IMG/VR virus record: IMGVR_UViG_2565956720_000007
Coordinates: 1 to 29,466 of that record
Source: a virus
Lineage: Duplodnaviria > Heunggongvirae > Uroviricota > Caudoviricetes
Length of the DNA: 29,466 bases
Direction: 5' to 3' (one strand)
Shown: positions 17,166 to 26,558 of the stretch, in pieces
How the letters are laid out: each line of letters starts with the position of its first letter
Numbering within the stretch: position 1 is the stretch's first letter
The notes under the pieces: model-generated
Told to the model about the DNA's origin: nothing
The model's database searches: none
What the model saw: only the letters and a program-made list of their open reading frames with translations
Program-made: the position numbers and the translations under genes

Positions 17166-18198
17166 ATTCCTGAGCACCTAAAACATAGTCATCAAAACGT
17201 ATTACTTCTGCACCCAGCCAGTCGTTCAGCTCCTGCAGTCGCTTTTGCAGTGGCATCAGTTCATTGCGAACGAAGACACGGCTCGCTTTTTCCACATCAC
17301 CAAAGCCGCCAGTGTTGTTGGGAATGATGCCCATCATTTGTGGTGGTACGCGATGAGCCGCCATCATGTCATCGCGGCTGACGTTCTTGATGTTCAGAAA
17401 TTCATCCTTCGCCGCAACTTCCGACAACGGGATAATCTGAATGCCATCTTTTTTGCCGTTAGGCGAGTACATAAACAGGTTGCGGAAGTTGCCCGGCCCT
17501 TTAGCACTTTTCATTGCCTTGCGGATGTTGTTCACATCCTCCTGGTTCTGCGCGGCGTCGGTCATGTACATGATGAAGCCTGCGTGGCTGCCGTTAATGT
17601 AATACTTGCGGCGGAACAGCGTGGCGGATTCGTTGAGCAGAGCTGACGGAATGGCAGAAAGGTAACCCGGCAGACCATAAATCTCCTGGTTGATATCCGG
17701 CTCCATCAGGTGGAAGACGTTACCTTTTGTGAACTGATACGGCTGTGTCGTCAGGCTGTATTGCACAAACCAGTATGTTTCAAGGTCAAGCCCGCGCCGG
17801 GTGTATTTTGCCAGTGCAGGCTCCAGCGAAATAACTTCACCAAAGCGATTCGTGCGCTTCTCCAGATAGGCGTTACCAAAAACCAGATAGTCCTGCACAA
17901 AACGGGTAAATGCCTGCTGGCTGAGAAGGCGATGTGGAATATAGGTACTGCTGATGATGTCACGTTTAACACTGATCGGGGAGCTGTGGTGCACGGCGGC
18001 GCGGAAGGTTCGTGCCAGTCCGTCAAAACTGACGGGCGGCTCATACCAGCGATCCATCTGTACGCATTCCACATAGTCCAGCAGTTCGCGGCGGTCCAGT
18101 ACAGGAATGGGATCACCAAAGCTGAAAGCCTCAGCAACGGGTTTTTTAGTTTCTTCTGCAGTTACGGTTTCGCCTGGCGCGATATGTTCTTTCATCAA
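17164..18198 (-). CDS. Q: Portal protein (P2 gpQ homolog)
   Basis: 344 aa, same length and position as P2 Q; upstream of terminase P with 4-nt overlap. Confidence 0.85.
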   Translation of the reverse strand: MMKEHIAPGETVTAEETKKPVAEAFSFGDPIPVLDRRELLDYVECVQMDRWYEPPVSFDGLARTFRAAVHHSSPISVKRDIISSTYIPHRLLSQQAFTRFVQDYLVFGNAYLEKRTNRFGEVISLEPALAKYTRRGLDLETYWFVQYSLTTQPYQFTKGNVFHLMEPDINQEIYGLPGYLSAIPSALLNESATLFRRKYYINGSHAGFIMYMTDAAQNQEDVNNIRKAMKSAKGPGNFRNLFMYSPNGKKDGIQIIPLSEVAAKDEFLNIKNVSRDDMMAAHRVPPQMMGIIPNNTGGFGDVEKASRVFVRNELMPLQKRLQELNDWLGAEVIRFDDYVLGAQE

Positions 18199-19961
18199 AA
18201 AATCTCCACAATATTGCTGGTATTGGCGGACTCGCCCTGCAGCGGTTCGTTAAACAGTGCGTGCATGGTTGCCCATGCCAGATCGGCATGGCTGGCTTCT
18301 TCGCTGCGGCTGGCTTCGTAGGTCGGGCGGTTGCCACTGGCGGTGGTGGCGCGACGGATTGCCATGAATGACTGCGCAATGTCGGTATGTCCGGCGTCAA
18401 ACTCCAGACGGCGGTGGCTGATAATGTCGTAGGCCTTGAGTACCAGGGCGTTTTTAACGTTGGGGTTGTAGACAAACTCCCGGACGGCAGGAAAGAACGC
18501 TTTCACGTTCTCGTAAACCCCGTGACCGACGCCGGTTGAGTCGATACCGATATAGGTCACGTTGTACTGTTCAGTCAGTTTTTTGATGGCGTCCGCCTGG
18601 GCGCGGAAGTCCATCCCGCGCCACTGGTGACGCTCAAGAATGCGAAACTTACCGCCCGGCACGGCTGGCGGAGCCACCACCACGCATCCGGCGCTGTCGC
18701 CGTTCTGCGTACCTTTTGCCGGGTCATAACCGATCCACACTTCGCGCCAGCCAAACGGGCGCAGGGCCAGTGCATGAAAGTCGGTCCAGACTTCCCAGCT
18801 GTCCACCATGCACGCCTGCAATTCGCTGAGCGGGAACACAGATGCGAGATCGTCAACGAACTCGCACATCAGCAGGTTCTGGTATTCGTCCGGGCTGTAC
18901 TCCATGCGCAACTGGTCGAGGTCGAACAGGTTACAGCCGCCGCGCACCGCATCTTCCACGGTGACTATCTGGCGGTATTGCCCGTCTGCGCACAGCAGGC
19001 CGGGGGCCAGATTGCTGTGGGACAGGTCGATGTCCACCTTGTCGGCTTTGTTGCGCCCACGGTTGAACAGCGCACCGGACCAGAACGGATAAGCACTGTG
19101 TGTCAGGCTGGATGGCGTGGAAAAATAGGTCTGTCGCCATTTCTTGTGAATAGCCATACCGGAAGCCACTTTGCGCAGCTCCTGGAATTTCGGTATCCAG
19201 AAATATTCATCCAGATACAGGTTGCCGTGGTAACTCTGGGCCGTGCGGGCATTGGTGCCGAGGAAATACAGTGTGGCCCCGTTGGGAAGCACCATCGGAT
19301 CGCCTTTCAGCTCCACCTCCACTTCTTTGGCGAAGTCGATGATGTACTGCTTAAAGACGTGAGCCTGTGCCTTACTGGCAGAAAGGAAAATCTGGTTACG
19401 TCCGGTAAGCAGGGCGTCAATCAGGGCTTCACGGGCAAAGTAAAAGGTCGCACCGATCTGGCGTGACTTCAGCAGGTTGCGGATGCGGTTGGTTTTTCCG
19501 GCTTCCCACCAGTGGCGCTGATAGTTGAACATGGAGGAATGGAAGATTTCTTCCAGCTTCTCAATCTGTTCATCGGTGAAAACGTTCTTTTCCGGCTGAC
19601 GACGCGGGCCTTTGTTTCGGTTGGCGACGTTAGGGTTTAAGTCGGCTTCGTTGCCGCCATTGTTAAACTTGCCGATCCGCGCATGGCGCTCCGACTGGCG
19701 CGCCAGCAGGTCAATCTCTTTGAAATCTTTCCCTTCTTTGTGCTCCTTCATAATGAGCTGGCAGTAGCGTGCGGCGGTGGTGAGCTGCATCTGATCCAGC
19801 GGCCCATAGTCACCCCACTTGTCGCGTTTTTTCCAGCTGTGAACGGTTGCAACTTTCTCGCCCAGCATTTCAGCAATGCGGGCTACGCGGTATCCCTGAA
19901 AGTACAGCAGCATGGCCTGCCGACGGGGATCGAGATCTGCGGGTGTCAGTGTGGTGTTCAT
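18195..19961 (-). CDS. P: Terminase large (ATPase) subunit (P2 gpP homolog)
   Basis: 588 aa, P2 P is about 590 aa; conserved order Q-P divergent from O. Confidence 0.85.
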   Translation of the reverse strand: MNTTLTPADLDPRRQAMLLYFQGYRVARIAEMLGEKVATVHSWKKRDKWGDYGPLDQMQLTTAARYCQLIMKEHKEGKDFKEIDLLARQSERHARIGKFNNGGNEADLNPNVANRNKGPRRQPEKNVFTDEQIEKLEEIFHSSMFNYQRHWWEAGKTNRIRNLLKSRQIGATFYFAREALIDALLTGRNQIFLSASKAQAHVFKQYIIDFAKEVEVELKGDPMVLPNGATLYFLGTNARTAQSYHGNLYLDEYFWIPKFQELRKVASGMAIHKKWRQTYFSTPSSLTHSAYPFWSGALFNRGRNKADKVDIDLSHSNLAPGLLCADGQYRQIVTVEDAVRGGCNLFDLDQLRMEYSPDEYQNLLMCEFVDDLASVFPLSELQACMVDSWEVWTDFHALALRPFGWREVWIGYDPAKGTQNGDSAGCVVVAPPAVPGGKFRILERHQWRGMDFRAQADAIKKLTEQYNVTYIGIDSTGVGHGVYENVKAFFPAVREFVYNPNVKNALVLKAYDIISHRRLEFDAGHTDIAQSFMAIRRATTASGNRPTYEASRSEEASHADLAWATMHALFNEPLQGESANTSNIVEIF

Positions 19962-20007
19962 GGCACAAACCTACAGCCTTGAATGAAGGCTTTCCCCGCC
20001 TGCGGTT

Positions 20008-20025
20008 TGTGTGGCTGTCGGTACA
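20008..20025. promoter_or_regulatory. P2-type late promoter activator site (TGT-N12-ACA dyad) between P and O
   Basis: tgt-gtggctgtcggt-aca in the divergent P/O intergenic region, where P2 Ogr-dependent late promoters carry this dyad. Confidence 0.5.
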
Positions 20026-20103
20026 AATACCGCGCATTGTTTCACTGCCCCCATCACCGCAACCATAAGGCTCCAGTAAGTTTTTTCTAACGGAGCACGG
20101 CTC

Positions 20104-20937
20104 ATGACAGTGAAAGCAAAGCGTTTTCGCATCGGGGTGGAAGGTGCCACCACCGACGGACGCGAAATCCAGCGTGAATGGCTGGAACAGATGGCAGCCA
20201 GCTACAACCCGGCGGTGTATACCGCGCTGATTAACCTTGAGCACATCAAGTCTTATCTGCCGGACAGCACCTTTAACCGCTACGGCAAGGTGACGGCGCT
20301 GTTTGCTGAAGAAATCACGGAAGGTCCGCTGGCAGGCAAGATGGCGCTGTATGCCGACGTTGAGCCAACGGAGTCCCTGGTGGAACTGGTGAAAAAAGGC
20401 CAGAAATTATTCACCTCTATGGAAGTCAGCCCGAAGTTCGCTGATACGGGCAAAGCCTATCTGGTCGGCCTGGCTGCAACTGATGACCCTGCCAGTCTGG
20501 GTACGGAAATGCTGACATTCAGCGCCAGTGCAGCCCATAACCCGTTGGCAAACCGCAAGCAGAATCCTGCCAATCTCTTTACCGCTGCAGAGGAAACGGT
20601 GATCGAACTGGAAGAAATCCAGGACGACAAACCGTCCCTGTTTGCCCGCGTCACGGCGCTGTTTACCAAAAAAGAGCAGTCCGATGACGCCCGGTTCTCT
20701 GATGTGCATAAGGCCGTGGAGCTGGTCGCCACTGAGCAGCAGAACCTGAGCGCACGCACCGAAAAATCCCTGTCTGAGCAGGAAGAACGCCTGTCTGAGC
20801 TGGAGACTGCCCTGCAGGCACAGCAAACCGCCTTTAACGAACTGGTGGACAAGCTGAGTCATGAAGACAGTCGCCAGGACTACCGCCAGCGTGCAACAGG
20901 CGGTAACGCCCCCGCTGACACTCTGACCAATTGCTGA
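20104..20937 (+). CDS. O: Capsid scaffolding protein (P2 gpO homolog)
   Basis: 277 aa; N-terminus FRIGVEGATTDGREIQREWLEQMAASYNPAVYTALINLEH matches recalled P2 O. Confidence 0.9.
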   Translation: MTVKAKRFRIGVEGATTDGREIQREWLEQMAASYNPAVYTALINLEHIKSYLPDSTFNRYGKVTALFAEEITEGPLAGKMALYADVEPTESLVELVKKGQKLFTSMEVSPKFADTGKAYLVGLAATDDPASLGTEMLTFSASAAHNPLANRKQNPANLFTAAEETVIELEEIQDDKPSLFARVTALFTKKEQSDDARFSDVHKAVELVATEQQNLSARTEKSLSEQEERLSELETALQAQQTAFNELVDKLSHEDSRQDYRQRATGGNAPADTLTNC

Positions 20938-20953
20938 TGGAGCACAAAACCCG

Positions 20954-22012
20954 ATGAAGAAGAATACCCGCTTTGCTTTTAACGCTTACCTGCAGCAGCT
21001 GGCGCGTCTGAACGGTGTGGCAGTTGAAGAACTGTCCAGCAAGTTCACCGTGGAGCCGTCTGTGCAGCAGACGCTGGAAGACCAGATCCAGCAGTCCGCC
21101 GCTTTCCTGACGCTGATTAACGTCACGCCAGTGACTGAGCAGTCCGGTCAGCTGCTGGGGCTGGGAGTTGGCAGCACCATTGCCGGAACCACTGACACCA
21201 CCGCGAAAGAGCGTGAACCTGTCGATCCGACGCTGATGGTCGATGTGGAATACAAATGCGAGCAGACCAACTTTGACACGGTGCTGACCTACGCGAAGCT
21301 GGACCTGTGGGCGAAGTTTCAGGATTTCCAGGTGCGCATCCGTGACGCCATCGTGAAACGTCAGGCTCTGGACCGCATCATGATCGGCTTTAACGGCGTG
21401 AAGCGTGCGAAAACCTCCAACCGTAGCGAAAACCCGCTGCTGCAGGATGTGAACAAAGGCTGGCTGCAGAAAATCCGTGAAGATGCACCGGATCACGTCA
21501 TGGGCAGCACCACCACGGGCGGTGAAACCACACCGGGTGCGGTGAAAGTCGGGAAAGGTGGCGAATATGCCAACCTGGACGCCGTGGTGATGGATGCCGT
21601 CAATGAGCTTATCGATGTGGTCTACCAGGACGATGACGATCTGGTGGTGATTTGCGGTCGTGAACTGCTGTCTGACAAGTATTTCCCGCTGGTCAACAAA
21701 GAGCAGGAAAACAGTGAAAAACTGGCTGCCGATATGATCATCAGTCAGAAACGCATGGGTGGCCTGCAGGCCGTGCGTGCGCCGTTCTTCCCGCCGAATG
21801 CACTGCTGATCACCCGTCTGGATAACCTGTCCATCTACTGGCAGGAAGACACCCGCCGCCGCTCAGTTATCGACAACCCGAAACGTGACCGGATTGAAAA
21901 CTTTGAATCCGTTAACGAAGCCTATGTGGTTGAGGACTACCGCTGCGCCGCACTGGTGGAAAACATCCAGATTGGCGACTTCAGCGCCGCAGCAGCAGAA
22001 ACCGGAGCGTAA
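20954..22012 (+). CDS. N: Major capsid protein (P2 gpN homolog)
   Basis: 352 aa; extensive identity to recalled P2 N (RFAFNAYLQQLARLNGV..., GFNGVKRAKTSNRSENPLLQDV...). Confidence 0.95.
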   Translation: MKKNTRFAFNAYLQQLARLNGVAVEELSSKFTVEPSVQQTLEDQIQQSAAFLTLINVTPVTEQSGQLLGLGVGSTIAGTTDTTAKEREPVDPTLMVDVEYKCEQTNFDTVLTYAKLDLWAKFQDFQVRIRDAIVKRQALDRIMIGFNGVKRAKTSNRSENPLLQDVNKGWLQKIREDAPDHVMGSTTTGGETTPGAVKVGKGGEYANLDAVVMDAVNELIDVVYQDDDDLVVICGRELLSDKYFPLVNKEQENSEKLAADMIISQKRMGGLQAVRAPFFPPNALLITRLDNLSIYWQEDTRRRSVIDNPKRDRIENFESVNEAYVVEDYRCAALVENIQIGDFSAAAAETGA

Positions 22013-22015
22013 TTC

Positions 22016-22666
22016 ATGAGCCTGAGTCCCGCACGGCAGCATCGCCTGCGCGTTCAGGCTGAACAGGCCGCCCGCGAGGGCGGCAGCGTTCGCCACGCGT
22101 CGGGCTATGACCTGATGCTGCTGCAACTGGCGGAAGACCGCCGCCGTCTCAAGGGCGTTCAGTCCACGGTCAAAAAAGCGGAAATCAAGGTGGAGCTGCT
22201 GCCGAAGTACGCCGCCTGGGCGGAGGGTGTGCTGGCTGCCGGAGGCGCTCAACAGGATGACGTGCTGATGTACGTGATGCTGTGGCGCATTGATGCCGGA
22301 GATTATGCCGGGGCGCTGGAGATCGGGCGTCACGCCCTGCGTCATGGCTGGGTGATGCCGTTAGGTAACCGCAACGTGCAGACCGTGCTGGCAGAGGAAA
22401 TGGCAGATGCAGCCCAGAGCGCAATGCTTGCCGCCACCGGCTTTGATGCCGATCTGTTGCTGCAGACCCTGGAGCTGACAGACGGTATGGATATGCCGGA
22501 CCAGTCACGGGCGCGTCTGCATAAAGCGATTGGCGCTGTCCTGAGTGAAAGCAATCCGGCTTCCGCCCTTAATCATCTCAACCATGCGTTACAGCTCGAT
22601 CCCCGCTGTGGCGTGAAAAAAGACAAACAGCAGCTGGAGCGCAGACTGCGCAATGACAGCCGCTGA
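22016..22666 (+). CDS. M: Terminase small/endonuclease subunit (P2 gpM homolog)
   Basis: 216 aa, position and sequence consistent with P2 M. Confidence 0.85.
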   Translation: MSLSPARQHRLRVQAEQAAREGGSVRHASGYDLMLLQLAEDRRRLKGVQSTVKKAEIKVELLPKYAAWAEGVLAAGGAQQDDVLMYVMLWRIDAGDYAGALEIGRHALRHGWVMPLGNRNVQTVLAEEMADAAQSAMLAATGFDADLLLQTLELTDGMDMPDQSRARLHKAIGAVLSESNPASALNHLNHALQLDPRCGVKKDKQQLERRLRNDSR

Positions 22667-22761
22667 CAGAACGTGCCCCCGCGCACGGGCGGCACGGGGT
22701 GGCGAAAGGCACTGCCACATCAAAACCCCGTCCACCGCCCTCTATTTCAGGAGAAAGCAGC

Positions 22762-23226
22762 ATGAAGTTTGTTGCGCCAGAACAGGCACCGGAACAGGCG
22801 GAAATCATCAGGAATACGCCGTTCTGGCCTGATGTGGACCTGTCGGAGTTTCGCAGTGTGATGCGCACTGACGGCACGGTGACGCAGCCGCGTTTAAAAC
22901 AGGTTGCCCTGTCGGCAATTTCGGAGGTCAACGCAGAGCTGTATGAGTTTCGCAGACGCCAGCAGATGCTGGGGTATGCCTCGCTGGCAGAAGTCCCGGC
23001 GGAGCAGCTGGACGGCAAAAGCGAGCGCATTCAGCACTATTTCAACGCGGTTTACTGCTGGGCACGCGCCATGCTCAACGAACGTTACCAGGACTATGAC
23101 GCCACGGCATCCGGTGCGAAGCGAGGCGAGGAACTGGCGGAAGCAAGCGGTGATTTATGGCGTGACGCCCGCTGGGCCATCAGCCGGGTGCAGGATGCGC
23201 CGCACTGCACAGTGGAGCTTATCTGA
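22762..23226 (+). CDS. L: Head completion/stabilisation protein (P2 gpL homolog)
   Basis: Start chosen at ATG 22762 with aggag RBS (alternative GTG 22699); IIRNTPFWPDVD...ELWRDARWAISRVQ matches recalled P2 L. Confidence 0.85.
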   Translation: MKFVAPEQAPEQAEIIRNTPFWPDVDLSEFRSVMRTDGTVTQPRLKQVALSAISEVNAELYEFRRRQQMLGYASLAEVPAEQLDGKSERIQHYFNAVYCWARAMLNERYQDYDATASGAKRGEELAEASGDLWRDARWAISRVQDAPHCTVELI

Positions 23227-23429
23227 TGAAAGTGCGTGCGCATCAGTATGACACGGTGGACGCACTTTGCTGGCGTCATTACGGGCGCACGCAGGGTGTC
23301 ACGGAGCAGGTACTGAAGGCAAATCCGGGGCTTGCCGAATACGGCCCCTTTTTACCTCACGGGCTGCAGGTGGAGCTGCCGGACATTCCGACAACCACCA
23401 CCGTGCAGACCGTCCAGCTATGGGACTGA
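23226..23429 (+). CDS. X: Tail protein X (P2 gpX homolog, LysM-like)
   Basis: 67 aa, same length as P2 X; DTVDALCWRHYGRTQGVTEQVLKANPGLAE matches. Confidence 0.9.
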   Translation: MKVRAHQYDTVDALCWRHYGRTQGVTEQVLKANPGLAEYGPFLPHGLQVELPDIPTTTTVQTVQLWD

Positions 23430-23432
23430 ATT

Positions 23433-23648
23433 ATGACGCTTGAGCGAATCAGCGCCTTTATCACGTATTGCATCGCCGTCGTGCTGGCCTGGCTGGGCGA
23501 TTTGTCCATCAAGGATGCCTCAACGCTGGGCGGCCTGATGATTGGTGTGCTGATGCTGGCTATCAACTGGTACTACAAACACAAAGCCTACCAGCTTCTG
23601 CGCGACGGGCAGATCTCGCGGGAGGACTATGAATCCATCAATCGTTAA
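23433..23648 (+). CDS. Holin
   Basis: 71-aa membrane protein with two hydrophobic segments and charged C-terminus, directly upstream of endolysin. Confidence 0.7.
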   Translation: MTLERISAFITYCIAVVLAWLGDLSIKDASTLGGLMIGVLMLAINWYYKHKAYQLLRDGQISREDYESINR

Positions 23649-24141
23649 ACGCTGCCTTGTCGGGGCCGTGCTGGCTATTGCTGCCACGCTGCCGGGTTTT
23701 CAGCAGCTTCACACCTCCGTGGAGGGGCTGAAACTGATTGCTGATTACGAAGGCTGTCGTCTGCAGCCGTATCAGTGCAGCGCGGGTGTCTGGACCGACG
23801 GCATTGGTAATACATCGGGCGTCATTCCCGGCAAAACAATCACGGAACGACAGGCAGCAGAAGGGCTGATCTCCAACGTGCTGCGTGTGGAGCGGGTACT
23901 GGAAAGGTGTGTGAAGCAACTGCCACCACAGAAGGTGTATGACGCTACGGTGTCGTTTGCCTTCAACGTGGGGACGGGCAATGCCTGCAGCTCCACGCTG
24001 GTGAAATTGCTCAATCAGCGGCGCTGGGCGGATGCGTGCCGACAGTTGCCGCGCTGGGTTTATGTAAAAGGTGTGTTTAATCAGGGGCTGGATAACCGCC
24101 GTGCGCGGGAGATGGCCTGGTGTTTACAGGGAGCAAACTGA
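23629..24141 (+). CDS. SAR-type endolysin (T4 lysozyme-like glycoside hydrolase with N-terminal signal-anchor-release segment)
   Basis: N-terminal hydrophobic KRCLVGAVLAIAATLPGF followed by catalytic E-x8-D-x5-T pattern (YEGCRLQPYQCSAGVWTDGIGNT). Confidence 0.8.
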   Translation: MNPSIVKRCLVGAVLAIAATLPGFQQLHTSVEGLKLIADYEGCRLQPYQCSAGVWTDGIGNTSGVIPGKTITERQAAEGLISNVLRVERVLERCVKQLPPQKVYDATVSFAFNVGTGNACSSTLVKLLNQRRWADACRQLPRWVYVKGVFNQGLDNRRAREMAWCLQGAN

Positions 24142-24142
24142 A

Positions 24143-24520
24143 ATGAAAAAGAAATTAATCAGCGGACTGTTTCTGATGTTATGGATGGCGCTGTTAATCG
24201 CAGCAATGGTGTATCCGCAGGGGATTTTTCCGGTACTGGCAGCGTCCGGCGTTTGGGTAGCCTGTTTGCTGACATGGGCGGTAATTCCGGTAGCACTGGC
24301 TGCGTTAATTAAGAATGGCCCGCTCTGGCAGGAGTTAAGGGCATCTTTACTGAAGACAATTACCCGAAAAGAAAACGTATTTATCAGTTGGGTGATGCGA
24401 TTGCTGATTGTTGTAAGTCTCGCCTGGACGGGGTGGGCTATTACCCTAGTCTTTTATCTACTGACCGTTATTGCCTTCTGGATCACCCGTAATCAGATGG
24501 CGCAACAGGTAGCAGCATGA
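24143..24520 (+). CDS. LysA-like membrane protein (lysis timing regulator)
   Basis: 126 aa from ATG 24143, multiple hydrophobic helices, between endolysin and spanin genes as in P2. Confidence 0.6.
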   Translation: MKKKLISGLFLMLWMALLIAAMVYPQGIFPVLAASGVWVACLLTWAVIPVALAALIKNGPLWQELRASLLKTITRKENVFISWVMRLLIVVSLAWTGWAITLVFYLLTVIAFWITRNQMAQQVAA

Positions 24521-24945
24521 ACCGGTTGCTGCTGGTTGTGCTGGCGTTATTACTGGCGGCGCTGGGCTGGCAGACGTGGCGGCTGGCTGATGCCAGCCAG
24601 ACCATCAGCACGCAGGCAGACGAGCTGCAGAGCAAAAGCCAGGCACTGGCAAAGAGCAACAGCCAGCTTATCAGCCTGTCCATTCTGACTGAAACCAATA
24701 ACCGGGAGCAGGCGCGGCTCTATGCCGAAGCAGAACAGACCAGCGCGCTGCTGAGACAACGACAACACCGGATCGAGGAACTGAAACGTGAGAACGAGGA
24801 TTTACGCCGCTGGGCTGATACTCCTTTGCCTGCTGACATTATCCGGCTGCGGGAACGTCCGACGCTCACCGGAGGTGCAGCTTATCGTCAGTGGTTGTCC
24901 GCGAGTGACACCGTGTCGGCTGGATCAGGCAGCGCCGCGCACTAA
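24517..24945 (+). CDS. lysB: LysB-like i-spanin (Rz-like)
   Basis: 142 aa, N-terminal transmembrane helix then coiled-coil-like region; overlaps lysC in another frame. Confidence 0.7.
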   Translation: MNRLLLVVLALLLAALGWQTWRLADASQTISTQADELQSKSQALAKSNSQLISLSILTETNNREQARLYAEAEQTSALLRQRQHRIEELKRENEDLRRWADTPLPADIIRLRERPTLTGGAAYRQWLSASDTVSAGSGSAAH

Positions 24946-25078
24946 CGGTGATCTGAACGCGTTGTTGGATGAAACGGAGGCCGCCTGGGCGGTCTGTGCA
25001 GACAAAGTGGACATGATTATTGCGTGTCAGGAGCAAAACAGTGAACAAACCACAATCCCTGCGCCACGCCCTCAATAA
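24788..25078 (+). CDS. lysC: LysC-like o-spanin lipoprotein (Rz1-like), overlapping the 3' end of lysB
   Basis: GTG start with gaggaa RBS; signal peptide with lipobox LTLSGC; embedded out-of-frame in lysB 3' region (24788-24945). Confidence 0.7.
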   Translation: MRTRIYAAGLILLCLLTLSGCGNVRRSPEVQLIVSGCPRVTPCRLDQAAPRTNGDLNALLDETEAAWAVCADKVDMIIACQEQNSEQTTIPAPRPQ

Positions 25079-25472
25079 AGCTGTGCCTTATGTCCGCAAT
25101 AACCCGGACAAACTGCATCTGTTTGTGGATAACGGTTCGCTGGTTGCCACGGGGGCCAGCTCCATGTCGTGGGAGTACCGTTACACCCTGAACGCGGTGA
25201 TTGAGGATTTCAGCGGCGACCAGAATCTGCTGATGGCCCCGGTTTTGCTGTGGCTGAGGGATAACCAGCCCGATGCCATCAATAACCCGGCGTTACGGGA
25301 AAAACTATTCACCTTTGAGGTGGATATTCTGCGCAACGATGTCTGTGATATCAGCCTGAACCTGCAACTGACGGAGCGTGTGCTGGTCAGCACTGACGGT
25401 AGTGTGTCGAGTGTTGAAGCTATAGCGGAACCTGATGAACCTGAAGAAATGTGGACGGTGAAACGTGGCTGA
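25041..25472 (+). CDS. R: Tail completion protein (P2 gpR homolog)
   Basis: Start at GTG 25041 with aggag RBS; NKPQSLRHALNKAV...LHLFVDNGSLVATGAS matches recalled P2 R. Confidence 0.85.
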   Translation: MNKPQSLRHALNKAVPYVRNNPDKLHLFVDNGSLVATGASSMSWEYRYTLNAVIEDFSGDQNLLMAPVLLWLRDNQPDAINNPALREKLFTFEVDILRNDVCDISLNLQLTERVLVSTDGSVSSVEAIAEPDEPEEMWTVKRG

Positions 25473-25911
25473 ACTGCAGAAGGTGGACGACTGGCTGAGT
25501 GCCTTGCTGGCGAATCTGGAACCAGCCACGAGAAGCCGCATGATGCGCCAGCTGGCGCAGGAACTGCGCCGGACACAGCAGCAGAATATCAGGATGCAGC
25601 GCAATCCAGATGGCAGCAGTTATGAACCGCGCAGGGTAACAGCACGCAGCAAGAAGGGGCGCATCAAACGTCAGATGTTTGCAAAGCTGCGCACCACAAA
25701 ATACCTGAAAACTGCCGCCAGCACCGACTCTGCCAGCGTGCAGTTTGAAGGCAAGGTGCAGCGCATTGCCCGCGTTCACCATTACGGCCTGCGAGATCGC
25801 GTCAGTCGTAAGGGACCGGAGGTGCGTTACGCAGAGCGTCGCCTTCTGGGTGTAAATGATGATGTTGAGGCAATGACCCGCGACATGATTCTGCAATGGC
25901 TGGCGGGGTGA
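25465..25911 (+). CDS. S: Tail completion protein (P2 gpS homolog)
   Basis: 148 aa, position after R; GTG start. Confidence 0.8.
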   Translation: MAELQKVDDWLSALLANLEPATRSRMMRQLAQELRRTQQQNIRMQRNPDGSSYEPRRVTARSKKGRIKRQMFAKLRTTKYLKTAASTDSASVQFEGKVQRIARVHHYGLRDRVSRKGPEVRYAERRLLGVNDDVEAMTRDMILQWLAG

Positions 25912-25915
25912 TCTT

Positions 25916-25933
25916 TGTATCAGCACTGATACA
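25916..25933 (+). promoter_or_regulatory. P2-type late promoter activator site (TGT-N12-ACA, near-perfect palindrome) upstream of V
   Basis: tgt-atcagcactgat-aca, centred about 55 bp upstream of the V start codon. Confidence 0.55.
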
Positions 25934-25979
25934 AGTTGCAGCACTGCCGCCTTTCTTCCCCTGATGGCAACCTTTCCCT

Positions 25980-26558
25980 ATGAACGCACAATTAACCGAA
26001 ATCATGCGCCTTATCACCAACCTGATCCGCACAGGGGTAGTCACCGAAGTGGACAGGGAAAACTGGCTTTGCCGGGTGAAAACGGGCGAGCTTGAAACCA
26101 ACTGGATCAGCTGGCTGACGCTGCGTGCCGGGAATGCCCGTACATGGTGGCGACCATCGGAAGGTGAGCAGGTGGTGCTGCTGAGTCTGGGCGGCAATCT
26201 GGAAACCGCCTTTGCGCTGCCCGCTGTCTATTCGAATCAGTTCGCACCACCGTCGACGTCGGCGGACGCCTGCGTGACAGAACATCCTGACGGTGGCTGG
26301 TTTGAATACGAACCCGCCACCGGGCGCTGGTATGTCAGGGGCATCAAATCAATGGTCATTGAGGCTGCTGACAACATCACCATGAAAACCAGTGAGTTTG
26401 TACTGGAGGCTGACCGCACGCGCATTAACAGCGAAGTGGTGATCAATGGTGGCGTTACCCAGGGCGGCGGAGCGATGAGTTCTAACGGGATCGTGGTTGA
26501 TGCGCATCAGCATACTGGCGTCCTGAAAGGCGGCGATACAACCGGAGGCCCGGTATGA
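25980..26558 (+). CDS. V: Baseplate spike/assembly protein (P2 gpV homolog)
   Basis: 192 aa; IRTGVVTEVD...RVKTGELETNWISWLTLRAG matches recalled P2 V. Confidence 0.9.
   Translation: MNAQLTEIMRLITNLIRTGVVTEVDRENWLCRVKTGELETNWISWLTLRAGNARTWWRPSEGEQVVLLSLGGNLETAFALPAVYSNQFAPPSTSADACVTEHPDGGWFEYEPATGRWYVRGIKSMVIEAADNITMKTSEFVLEADRTRINSEVVINGGVTQGGGAMSSNGIVVDAHQHTGVLKGGDTTGGPV

Noticed and set aside
17245-18475. Several 100-200-aa ORFs on either strand overlapping Q and P
   Set aside because: All overlap the portal and terminase genes, whose P2 homology fixes the true frame.
18627-19466. 279-aa plus-strand ORF
   Set aside because: Antisense shadow of terminase gene P, which is clearly the real coding strand.
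20407-21496. Minus-strand ORFs of 131-220 aa (20407-20862, 20457-20852, 20834-21496)
   Set aside because: Antisense to scaffold O and capsid N genes; GC-rich shadow ORFs.
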